Shown here piece by piece: positions 12,088 through 23,344 of a stretch of 32,438 nt of DNA. Source of the stretch: Conidiobolus incongruus B7586. Its lineage: Eukaryota. The notes beneath the pieces were generated by a model. It was given only the letters and a program-made list of their open reading frames with translations. It was not told the DNA's origin and ran no database searches. The stretch is taken from positions 1 to 32,438 of the forward strand of contig JNEM01010895.1 of the NCBI GenBank assembly GCA_000697335.1. Direction: 5' to 3'. A program made the position numbers and the translations under genes. Each line of letters starts with the position of its first letter. Position 1 is the stretch's first letter.

Positions 12088-12885
12088 TTATTGTAATTTT
12101 TTAGACTTCTTATCTTTCTTATCGCCTCCAACCTTAGTAGATGATTGACCAATCGTGGGTTTCTTATTCCAATAATAAATCATCTGACCAGCCAAAATAG
12201 TATTCATAGTGAGAGCCAACAAAAAACTGATAAGGATAACTTTATCATCAACCTCTTGAAGCGTGGTAAAAACACGTGCCAAAGTTCCAAAGAAGTAATT
12301 AAACACTGTAAAAGCTGACAATTGTCCAGTGTGACCATTTCTATAGTTGGTCAAAATTTGAGGCACCCTAGAAAACAAAATAATAGGAATTGTAGCACTT
12401 TGGAGCACTGTTAATAAGTTCATATCGACAAAGCCAGAACCATTCAAGAAGTAGTAAAAACCACCGCAAACTGCACCGACCCACAAGGTACCCAACAAGT
12501 TGTTGGTATAGACTTGAATTAATGTTAAAATAATTAAATTTTGAAAGGTGATTAGTAAAGTTTCGCCCCAAGTACTAAAAGGGTTAGCATTTCGTAAATT
12601 ATAACTGATGGTAACCAAATAACTGAGAGTTTCGAGGCCGTAACTAAAGAAACTGATACCTTCAACGGATTGACTACTAACAATCTTTAAAATTTGAGGG
12701 ATTTTGACAATTGAACCACCGACAACAATACCTAGACCAAGTGCTTTGGAAATAGCTAATTTGAGACATGGAACATTGGTAATATTGAGATTTTCTACCA
12801 GTTCGGAGTAGCATTTTTCACCAATTAGGCCGACTGCTGGTTGTCTTAAGAAGTTTGGGAGATTGATAATGGGTTTAGTTGTCAT
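12088..12885 (-). CDS. MPDU1: Mannose-P-dolichol utilization defect 1 protein (PQ-loop family), 265 aa
   Basis: CLKLAISKALGLGIVVGGSIVKIPQILKI (first PQ loop), PFSTWGE, SRVPQILTNYRNGHTGQLS...GTLARVFTTLQEVDD (second PQ loop). C-terminal KKLQ resembles a dilysine ER-retrieval signal. Intronless. Confidence 0.95.
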   Translation of the reverse strand: MTTKPIINLPNFLRQPAVGLIGEKCYSELVENLNITNVPCLKLAISKALGLGIVVGGSIVKIPQILKIVSSQSVEGISFFSYGLETLSYLVTISYNLRNANPFSTWGETLLITFQNLIILTLIQVYTNNLLGTLWVGAVCGGFYYFLNGSGFVDMNLLTVLQSATIPIILFSRVPQILTNYRNGHTGQLSAFTVFNYFFGTLARVFTTLQEVDDKVILISFLLALTMNTILAGQMIYYWNKKPTIGQSSTKVGGDKKDKKSKKLQ

Positions 12886-12975
12886 TTTTTAATTTTTAAT
12901 TTTAAAAATTACTGACAATTATATCATATTTAATTTGTATCAACTTCAAATTCTTTTTGGTTGATTCAGAATATA

Positions 12976-12985
12976 TTATGGGATT
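12976..12985 (-). promoter_or_regulatory. Shared upstream motif AATCCCATAA (MPDU1)
   Basis: TTATGGGATT on + strand, 90 nt upstream of ATG 12885. Confidence 0.6.
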
Positions 12986-13110
12986 GAAATTATATGACAT
13001 CATCCTAACATGTGTCCGACTTTGATTTGTCCGATCATTTAAACAGTCCAACAAAATATGAATAAAAATTTATTTATATTCTAATAATTTTATTAATTCT
13101 AAATCATAAA

Positions 13111-16100
13111 TTATTCCAAACTAATTAAATAATTCCAAATCCATTGATTATTTGCCAGATCTGTTGCAGAATCTTTGGCGATTACACTAAAGATTAGGGG
13201 ATGCAAACGATATTGGATATTCATTGACATCAATTGATTTAAAATATGTTGAGCGGTTTGTTTGAATGACTGTTCAATAAATGAATCGTTGAGTACTAAT
13301 TTTAATCCCAAAGACAGCTGGCTCAAAATCAAGAACATATTATCAGTTGATGAGATGCCCAAAGGTCCAAAATCCTAATAACTAATTAATAACAAATTGC
13401 GCAAATATAGTCTGTAAAATTACCTGATGATTCCATTCCTCATAACCTTCAACAAATTGCTGAACCAGTTGCAACCAAATGTTTAGTTTATCCATTTGAT
13501 TGTCAAAAATATTCACATTGTATTGGGATTGTAACTTGGAAAGACAATAATAACTTAACTGTACTAATTTTAGTGGTTCGAGGTACTGATTGGGTGGTTC
13601 TACTTCGAACAAACTGCGAGTATTATAGTTCTTGATTTGGGTTTCAGCCAATTCTAAAAAACAATTAATCATTAATATACAAATGTTAAATAATATAAAT
13701 TACCTAATTGTTTTTGTCCAAACCAAATCTTTTGTAATAACCAAGCGTGTAACTCGGTACAATCTTGGAATTTTTGGATGACAACTTCCAAAAATAATTC
13801 TAGGACTTTGTCGTGATGATAATTCTCCTAAAAGGATGTTAAGATTGGATAATATGAATGATATTATAGAGTTACTTGAATGAGTTGCTTGCAATAGAGA
13901 ATATCTGCAATATCGCTACGGATATCTTCGTCATCATCCTAAAATCTCATAAATAATTCAATCCAATCAAAGTACGCAGAATCTTTACCTGTAGCAAATT
14001 TACCACACCCTGTACCAATTCTACCACCTGATTACCAGCACCAAAATTGAAAAATTCTTGAATATCGAATTGGTCCAAAGCTTTGACAACTCCAAATCTC
14101 AGATCAAGCTCTTGTTCAGGTTGACTTAAAGTGTGTACCAACTCTCCAAATGTCTTGAGTGATTCATGTAAATTGAATGTGGGATCAATGCTAGGATTAT
14201 GGAAATAATGGGTAAGTAGGGATCCCATTAAACGTAGGGAAATTGCCCTTAGGGACATAGGTTGATTTTGTTGGGCTCGCAAGGTACACCACTGCCAGAT
14301 TGTCGAGATGGTATTAGGGAAATTTAGGATTGAGGTGGTTACAGAGGAATTGAAGGGGTTGGAAAAGTTGTCCAACAGTAGCTTGAGTAATTCGACTTGG
14401 TAAATGTGCGTAACTTTTTTAGGGATTTCGAAAATGTGATCGATTAACATGGAGTGATAGTTATCCAATTCACCTCTAATACCCTATATTAATATCAATG
14501 GTATAATTAATAGAATCAATATTACCTATTCTGAATTTGCTGCCAAGCCAACAATCTAACATCTTGGAGATCGTCATCCAACCACTTCGCCAAAGGCACA
14601 TCGCTAAACTGAATTAATGGCTCCTTCAAAGCTAAAGCATTAATCTTGGGAATTTGATCAACTTCAATTGACAAATCATTAGTTTGAATCAAACCCTTTA
14701 TCAAATTGTATTCATTTTGAATAACATTCAATAATTCTTCATCTAGAATATAATTAACCAAATTATAATAATAAAAAATAGAAAGTTATTTACGCTGATG
14801 AATATTTTCAATACCTAACCATTCTCGGGTTCCAAAAACTTTCAAAATAATTTTCAACAGTAGACCCCTAGTAATAGTACAAGGATTTTGACTGGTAGCC
14901 CATCCGCTTATAGCTTGTAAACTTTGACTCAATTTTAATATAAATTCTAAAACAAAATTAATATCAATTGTTTCAAAAAATATTGGAAATTACCTTTAAC
15001 AATTGATGGAGAATTCGAATTTACAAACAATGACAAATTGAGATCGAAGCCATGATAAATTTGTAAGAGAATTCCATGCAATTGGTTTTGATTTTGTACT
15101 TTGGAAATGTTGGCCAAAATGTCTAGAATGTGATCTGGGAATTGGGAACTCGATAGCAATGGGGCTAATGCTTTGGCACTCATTTCGCGAATCTAATACT
15201 AAATTAGTAATGGAATGAATTAAGAAATTTAAATGTACCTTGAATACACGACTCTTAGCACATTTCATCACGAGGTGTTTGAACCCTGATAAACTGTTGT
15301 CTCCGTCCATGACACTGGGGGACAGTCTGGTTAAGAGGGTGAGGATCGGGTAAAGACCTTCGGGTACGCCGTAAAGCCCACTTTCCAACTTGTCAACTAC
15401 TTCCTGTAGAGCGTTGACAAGATAGGGAAGGAGGTAGGGATAGCGACCGAAGAATTCGCGACCGGTGATGCGATTAACGGCGTCGTGCTCGTCTCTCGTG
15501 CGTTTGGAGCCGAATGTGCGATTCAAAAGTGCTGTGAATAACATGATGCTACTGTTGCGAATACCCCATTCCTTGGAGCCAAAGCCATCAATCGCCAGCT
15601 GGTAGCTCTGTTCGGTGTGTGTACCCGAAATAATGGGCCCGAGTTTGGCATCCGTCAACAAGAATTTGAGGACGTTGATCGCGTGGATGCGGTGGACGGT
15701 GTCGCGGGTGTCATCTTTAGCCCACGTGATCAAACTGTCGAGGGTGGTTCCTACCTCGTTGCCGCCATCGCCCACCTCGACGAAACTGTTGAGTACGGCT
15801 AAAATACCAAGTGGGAGACCGCCCGATCTGCGCGTGCCCTCTAGGTCAGGGCAGTTCACCTGGCGAATATGGCCACTGAGCCATTGGTTCACAACATTGG
15901 TCAAATCGCCCTGCTTCGACTGCAATAATCGGATATTCAGCTTCAAGTAGTTGGGGTATACCGACGAGAATGCGCCCCTGTGCCTCAAGTTGTTGAACAT
16001 GCGCTGGAACTGGACCCCAGATTGGATGAGCTGGTCATGACTCAACAATCCATTGGTGTTGGCATCGGATTTAATCGGCAGGGTTTCAACCATCTGACCC

Positions 16101-19100
16101 AGGAGTGCGGACGCTTCCTTACACCCGCGCCAGCAGTAGCTCAATAAATTACGGAACTGGGTCTGACTTTCCGGCTGATTTCCGATATCGATATCCCCGC
16201 CATCGTCATCCTCTAATCCCTCGGGCGATTTTTGAGCGAGTGGCTTTTCCACCTGTATTAAAAGACGATGACACAATTCGAAGGCTAAATTCATAACTTT
16301 GTCCCAACCTGCAACTATTTTACTATCGAGTTGGCCGCTTGCTAATCTTCGTAAAATATTGCGATTGTCGAGTTGGTGGATCATCAATTGTAGGATGATT
16401 AGAATACCGTGTACACTGTAGGGCGGACACTCGCTCAGGGGGATTTTGGAATCGGCGAGATCCATGCGTACTTGGAGTAGGTGAAGAAGGTGGAGGAAGA
16501 AGTCGGCTATTCGGAGTGAGTTAATTGGATTGTGATGAAGTTTTTTTTAAATTTTACCTGTTGGAATTCCCGAACTTTGGGGATTGGAACCATTTCCTTC
16601 AGCTTTTAAATACTTGGCCAATTTGGAATCCAAATGAAGATCTCCATCATAATTCTCGTCAAACACGGTCTTCCCAATTAGGAAATCGACCCAATGAGCT
16701 CCAGACTCGGAATCTCTCGCCCTGTTGGACAAGGCCCTATCAAAGCACCAATCAAACAATTTGACAGCATCAATTTGTCCAGGATAATTTTGAATTAAAT
16801 TATGAGCCAATGTCCTATTGTGCTCGTAACCATTCATTACCATATAACTCAAAGCGGTGAATAATACATCCGCGGAAGTAATTTTGGGATTTGAGAAGTA
16901 TTTGGGGTTGAATAAATCTTCATACCTCCATGAAAAAGTTGTTAAGTATGAGTGCAGGAGTCGAAGGCCGCTGGAAATTCTGTGAGGTGAGCTACCTGGG
17001 TAGAAAGTAGTGATACTGAGGTCGATAACTTGTCCCAAAAAAATTTTAATGTGGATAATCTCGCCTTCCAGTTGGGATTTGACTCGTAATTTGACTTCAT
17101 GCTGTTCAGTCCCAGGACATTCCGGTCCACATCGTTTCAATCTTTCCAAAATTTGACCATGTTTCTTAACCAATGTAGTTAAATTATCCTTCACACGATT
17201 CAAAAATTTGATGCAATACGCCGTAAACTTCTGTCGAAAGTCCGAAGCGGCACCATTTAAATTAAATTTTAAAAATTTTGTCATGAGTTGGAATTCGGAG
17301 GGCGTGATTTGAGAATTGGTTTTACGGGTTTCGCAAATGAGACCGAGGAGATCTACACGCACTTGAGCATCACTGTGATAAATGGCAACGTTGAGATGAT
17401 CGAGATTTTGGGGTAATGGCAAGTCTAATGATTTGATCACTTTGAGAATTGTTATTGATGCTGGTAATGACTTTGTTCCGATTTGGTCTAACAAATTTTG
17501 GGGGATTTGAGTATTGAGTGGAATGAGTTTGGGTAGAATGTAGAGTGAAATGGGTTTGCGATAATTGAAATTCAAATCGAGTAATTTTGTAATCAAAGGA
17601 TTATAAATCAATGCTTCAAACTATATTAAAATTAATCAAAACAGTTTAATATGTCCATTTGATTATGTTACCTTGTCTAAATTTTCACCATTTTGGTCAA
17701 CTAATTCACCATATAACAAAGTGATGAAATACCCAAGGAATTCGCCAACTTTGGGTGCTATTAAAGGTACTTTCAACACATCAAAAGTATTGATCAAAAA
17801 TCCTGGGTCCAATTCCAAACATTGAGAAATTTGTGTGACATATGGTAGTAAGTAGGTTAAGATGCCGTACTTAGTCTTACTGTAATATTCCAACTGAATG
17901 ACTCTGGTTAATAAAGTGTTGACGAGATCGTTGTGGTTAGGTAGAGTTTGGTAGAGTTGGAGTAAGCCTTCTAACAAATTTTTGACCTTGTAGTGCAAAG
18001 CTTCTATGGAATGATTCCAAAGGTTGAAGATGAGATTGAGCATGAGTTGCAAATTATCATCATTTGTAATAATACTCTTAACACTTGGGTTCATAGCTAC
18101 TTGAGACTGTTTTAAAGATTGCGAAACTCTCAACAATAAAGTCGACAATAAATCCATACCAATTACTAAATAAGATGATGGCAATTTGGGTGGGATTTGA
18201 GATGTGAATTGGCTCAATTCTTTGAATAAAACGACAAATAGATTAGTGTCTTCATTATTATGGTTGATAGATTCGAACCATGACGAAATTGGCCATAGAT
18301 GAATCATACCATGCAAATAACCCAGCCAACTCAAATAACTGCCGTCTGTTTTAAAAGCTGTCAATTTCTTCAAATAGTAATCGACTTTAGAATTCCCGTT
18401 AAGCTCTTTTGAGGGTAACAAAGTCAACAAGTCACCAGCCAACATATTAATATCGGTAGCGAGCGCTCGATCACTCAAACATTTTGTCAAAATTTCAATG
18501 AAATCATCTCCCAACGTCAACTCTCCGAGGTTTTGAGCGTATTTTAAAGTGAGATTCAATAACGCTCTTAATCCCAACTGAGGATCCAAGCACCAGAGAG
18601 TTGATTCAGAATTGTAGGGGGCATTGTGAATCAAGTACAGTTTTATAAACTGAAAACTTGCATTCAATTCCCTCTTAATAATCTGAATCCCCAAAGGAAA
18701 TTCTAGCAATGTGGTCAATGTGGACAACTTTAATTGGTCTGGGTTTAACCCTTGTACGGATTTGTTTTCCAATGATTCATTTTGGATATAATTTAAATAT
18801 TGTTGTACTAATTTTTGGCCCACTTGGGACGTTGATATATTCTCTAAGTCTATATTGGATTTTAATATTGGGATTAATATACGTTTGGACAAAGGACTTT
18901 CAAAATTCAGGAAAGTATGAAAAACGTATTGAATAAATGGTAAATAGTGATCATCGTCACTTGGGGGACATTCTAAAACAATGATTAATGTTAAAATTAT
19001 TTTGAATTATATTATTTTAAATTACTTATAGGTTTTAATTCTTTTATCAATTTTTTAGAATTGTTATCCAATTCATAATTAGAGATCAATCTCTGGAAAT

Positions 19101-19137
19101 GTTTTAGGGATTCACTTGAAGAAGTGAATTCTCTCAT
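13111..19137 (-). CDS. THADA: THADA/Trm732 (DUF2428 ARM-repeat protein; cofactor of Trm7/FTSJ1 tRNA 2'-O-methyltransferase), ~1826 aa, 12 exons
   Basis: Exons (minus) 19137-19026, 18972-17672, 17620-16558, 16506-15239, 15192-14994, 14946-14794, 14742-14526, 14475-13989, 13938-13876, 13827-13704, 13653-13424, 13374-13111. Total 5481 nt, in frame, all introns GT-AG (exon 6 donor could instead be 14814). Motifs CWRGCKEAS, RHRGAF, TRRSGGLP, HAINVLK, WGIRNSSIMLF..L..R.FG, EFFGRYP, YPILTLLTRL, IREMSAKAL, NPC..TR, LLQDDDEDIR. Confidence 0.92.
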
Positions 19138-19288
19138 ATTTTATAAATTTTGTTCTATAATTACTATTATTTTTGAATGATTTATATAGTAAAATAATAT
19201 TTAAATAATGATCTATTGATTAATAACTTTTAATTAAAAAATAAATGTTTGATGATAACTATTAATAGAAAATAAGTGATGAAAATAT

Positions 19289-19298
19289 TTATGGGAAT
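19289..19298 (-). promoter_or_regulatory. Shared upstream motif ATTCCCATAA (THADA)
   Basis: TTATGGGAAT on + strand, 151 nt upstream of ATG 19137. Confidence 0.55.
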
Positions 19299-19361
19299 TA
19301 ATTGAAGGATATTAGAATTGGCACGAATCAAAAATTTAAAATTTAACTTCGAATAAATAAA

Positions 19362-19432
19362 TGCAATGGCGGGGAATCGAACCCCGGTCTACCGCGTGGC
19401 AGGCGGTAATTATACCACTAAACCACCATTGC
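19362..19432 (-). tRNA. tRNA-Gly(GCC), intronless
   Basis: GCAATGGTGGTTTAGTGGTATAATTACCGCCTGCCACGCGGTAGACCGGGGTTCGATTCCCCGCCATTGCA. Acceptor stem GCAATGG/CCATTGC, anticodon arm ACCGC-CTGCCAC-GCGGT, T arm CGGGG-TTCGATT-CCCCG. T-runs (Pol III terminator-like) follow within ~30 nt. Confidence 0.97.
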
Positions 19433-19451
19433 TTGATATGTTTGTTACAAT

Positions 19452-20023
19452 TGTTATCTGATTGATACCTTTTCTCACTCAAAACGATCATCGAATCACC
19501 AATCATCCAAATTAAGCCATATAAACAATCTTAGCCAGTCGTGACTAAGGTACTAACCCCTAAACATCCCAACAGCTGCACGCTCGTATGACCTCACCAT
19601 TACTCCTTTATAGCCTACTTATCCCAATACTTTTCACATAATTCTTCAGAAGAACTTTATACCTTTTTTACAAATAAACATTTTTCATACTTGAATTGCG
19701 CTTTTCTAGCATACTCAAGTAGCCGCCTATAGCTCCACTTGAGTCATATTCCATTATTCGTCCTAGATCCATTCCTATTGATATCTTGTTATTCTGTCTC
19801 CTTAGCATGCCAGATCCTCACACCACCACTGTTGCTACTGGTCTAGCCACCCTCTTCAACACCCCATTTACAAGTAATCATGGCCGGATGGCTAGGGAAC
19901 TGATCATCGGTATTCTACCTCAGTTTGAAGGTGCCATGCTTCACAACTTGGCTTACACAATGGCTGAGTCAGTGTCCTTGATGACGCTCAAAGAGCTAAT
20001 AGCCGCGACAATACTCACTAACA
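19452..20023. mobile_element. Putative solo LTR or retroelement remnant immediately upstream of tRNA-Gly
   Basis: ~570-bp block much more GC-rich than its flanks, bounded by TGTTA...TAACA. Contains TATAAA (19520), AATAAA (19673), an 8-bp hairpin (19713-19744) and a coding-like ORF from ATG 19807. No clean target-site duplication at these termini. Confidence 0.5.
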
Positions 20024-20645
20024 CATACTTTGAATTACTTATTAAAGTATTTATTCTGTTAAATTTCTTTATTTTTAATATCTTAATTTTTTTTAATATT
20101 ATTTCAATTATACTATCACCCTAAATTAGTTCAATTATATTATTAATTTAATTTCTTTTAATAATATATTATCTATTCATCTGTTCAATAATATCAGTTT
20201 TATTCCATTATTAATTCAAATTTAATTATTAAATAAATCAAAAATTGATATGTAACATTTTTTTTAATTTTAATAATTAATTAAAAATATTTGTAATAAA
20301 TAATTTATTCATTATACTTAATTTAATTATTTTAATATAATTGATATTATTGGATTAATAATGAAATTTTCAAAAATATATATTTATATATGAATAAATT
20401 ATATTTAATAACAATATTTACTAAAATAAAAAAAAATTCTAAATTGAATATAATTCAATTATGAAGTGACTAAAAACAAATATTTTAATACAGTGCTAGT
20501 TCATAAAATAAGTTTAAAATACAAAAAGAATTTAAAGTCAAAGAGGGATAAATTTTCAAATTAAATACTTTTTTTAAAAAAATTAGATTAAAAAATATAT
20601 TAATATAAAAGTTTAGCTAATAATAACAGAAAAAAAGTTCTCAAA

Positions 20646-21040
20646 TTAGTTAACGTCAATTTTTTTAGATCTCAAATCAGCTTTAGCCTGTTGAATTTCC
20701 TAAATAATTAATAATAAAAAATTAAAAAAAATATTTTAAAAATAGTATAAAATTATTTACGTTCATAAGTTCTTGATGAGCTTCAGGACAATCTCTAAAA
20801 GTAATTAAAGCGTAGCCAATATTTGCTAAGGAGTAAGCTCCAAACCCTACGAGTGCTAACCATGGTAACTAAACAAAGTAATTAGATGGATAATATTAAG
20901 GAATTGAAGTTATTTACAGTGGGCCAAATTTCATTCTTGACAGTGTCACTTAAACCTAAACTGATAATATTGAATTGAACAAGTGCCCAGCTGAGTAAGA
21001 GACCACCAATTAAACTAAAAGTTTCGGTTGCTTTGGTCAT
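20646..21040 (-). CDS. DPM3: Dolichol-phosphate mannosyltransferase subunit 3, 94 aa, 3 exons
   Basis: Exons 21040-20918, 20868-20761, 20699-20646, both introns phase-0 GT-AG. MTKATETFSLIGGLLLSWALV...IWPTLPWLALVGFGAYSLANIGYALITFRDCPEAHQELMNEIQQAKADLRSKKIDVN matches the DPM3 pattern (LP...LV.FG.YSL...GY...TF.DCPEA..EL..EI..AK.DL). Not in the ORF track. Confidence 0.95.
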
Positions 21041-21144
21041 TTTAATTTATATACTTGGTTAATTGGTTGAAATTCAATTAGCTTTGAATTGGGTTGACTA
21101 TGACCTCATTTAATTGATATAATGTTAAAAAGAAATGAGAAATT

Positions 21145-21154
21145 TTATGGGATT
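21145..21154 (-). promoter_or_regulatory. Shared upstream motif AATCCCATAA (DPM3)
   Basis: TTATGGGATT on + strand, 104 nt upstream of ATG 21040. Confidence 0.6.
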
Positions 21155-23344
21155 AGTAAATTTTAAACTTGTTTATTATTTATTCCAGGTGGTTTATTAA
21201 TTTGATAATTTTCACTAAAACTTATTTATATTTTGTATAAATTTTTAAATTTTAAAGGTTATAATGTAATATTAGTCCAATTAAATCGATAATAGAACTA
21301 TAAAAATTTATACATTTTTAAAACTTCTTTAACACCTTTTAATAATTTGAAAATAATATAAACTGTTATAGTAAAATTAAATCATTATTGATATTTCAGT
21401 TTGATATAAAATCACTGATATCTCACTACCAACGAGTAATACTTTGGATGAAATATGCCTATCAATTGGTATGATCCTTTGAAAAATAATATTATTACAA
21501 ATTGATATCTTGAAACTTATGTTAATTTATACTCAAAAAATACAATATCTATTGAATATTTTATAATCAAATTATAATTGATTATTTTAACAATTGAAAT
21601 ATATGATAATTAATATTTGAAAGCATTTTCTTAAAGCCTTTATATTTAATTTATTAATGATGGAATTATTAATAAAATATAAAATTTTAATTTCTTATAT
21701 TAATTGTCATACAAAAACCAATAGTTTTTGATGATTTAATTTTAATTGGATTAAATTTATGATATTTATATTAGGTAAAAATTATATTCTAAAAAATTTT
21801 CACAAGGGTTTTTTTAAATGTACTGTTGATTTGATTAATTTTTATAATTTAATACAAATGCAAATTCTTAATAAAATTGATATTATTAACAATTTTTAAT
21901 AAACTGAGAATTTATTATAATTTTTAGAATTGCAATTAGGAATAAATTTCCAAAAAATGATGATCGAAATTAAATTTGATATATATTTAACAGTAGCTTT
22001 AGAACTCATTTATCTGGAATTATATTAACTTCATAATCAATTTATGATTAATAAGATTTAATAAGAATAGATTAACTCTGTCTAAAAATTAATTATTGTG
22101 CAATATAAAAGTTAATAAATGTACAGTCCATGTGTCAATTATATTTTTATAAAAGGTAATTTACTTTCACTGAAATTTTCAACTAGAATAATTCTAATAT
22201 ATACAACATTAATGATCATTGTATAAATGATTAATTTTAATCAAATAATTATTATATTTGTATCAAACATTAATTATATAATAGTCAAAAATATTAAGAT
22301 CATATTATCATTAGGGTATTATTATCATTATTTAGTAATATTTAAAATATGCTTGAATTCCAATATTTTTAAAAAAATTTCTAATTAATATTGGATTGAT
22401 TTTTAAAATTTATCAAATATTTTTATATTAAAATGAAAATATATCTAGTATCAAGATCCAAATCAATTATAATATTTATAATATGATGATTGCGTAATAT
22501 TAAATCATAGACTTTAATAGTTTTGTGAATTGATTAATCAATTCTATTTAAGCAATTCATTGATTGTATTATTACCCATTAATAAAAATAGTTTTATATC
22601 GATTGAATTAAATCTTAATAAAAAAATGAAACAAATTGAACTATATAAAATTAGACTTATAAATTATATGAAAATAAAGCTGAGAAATTAGTAATATATA
22701 ATTCTCTTTTAATACTCTTTTTAAAAATAAATAATGTAATTTTATATCATTATTTCATTTAATTTAAAAAAATGCTAATTCCTAATTTAGAATGATTTCA
22801 AATTTTAATGTATTTGATACTTTTTAATTTTAAATCAAACTCCCGATATAATAAAAAGTTATTTAATTCAAATGTATATATATTATTATTATTATTTTAA
22901 GAAAATATTATAAATTATATAGATGTACAACTTGATATAAACTCATTATCATTATATTTTCATTTATTTACTTATAGTGTATTAAATTATTTCTATAAAT
23001 AAAGAAATCCGAAAAAAAAGAAAAAAAATTTTAGATTGAATTGTATTTAATTTAGTAGATCCAATTGCAAGGTTTTAGTGTCAAACCGAATACAGAAGTT
23101 TAAGAAAACACTGAGAACTGATTGGTTAAGTTTTATGATACGGTTGTAGAATTGATAAACAAACTTCATAACTTAACTCAATGATTTAAATGTGATTAAT
23201 TGAAAGCATTCGAAAAAAATATTTAAGATTAGTAATTTTATTGGTGAAAGAAAGTTTAAACTGAATACAAAAATTTCATTTGGTTTAAAAATTTTGAATT
23301 AATTTAAATTGCTCATAGATCCTGGAAAATTGGTAAATTTCCTC

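Noticed and set aside
15615..16764. Plus-strand ORFs 15615-15950, 15617-15802, 16105-16296 and 16525-16764
   Set aside because: Antisense shadows of THADA exons, favoured by the local high GC; no independent coding evidence.
13111..18892. Many separate minus-strand ORFs that look like an operon or a fragmented gene
   Set aside because: They splice in frame through canonical introns into one THADA/Trm732 gene; no recoding or alternative genetic code is needed.
19137..19432. tRNA gene directly upstream of a tRNA-modification cofactor gene
   Set aside because: tRNA-Gly is not among the established yeast Trm7-Trm732 substrates (Phe, Trp, Leu-UAA); adjacency is probably coincidental.
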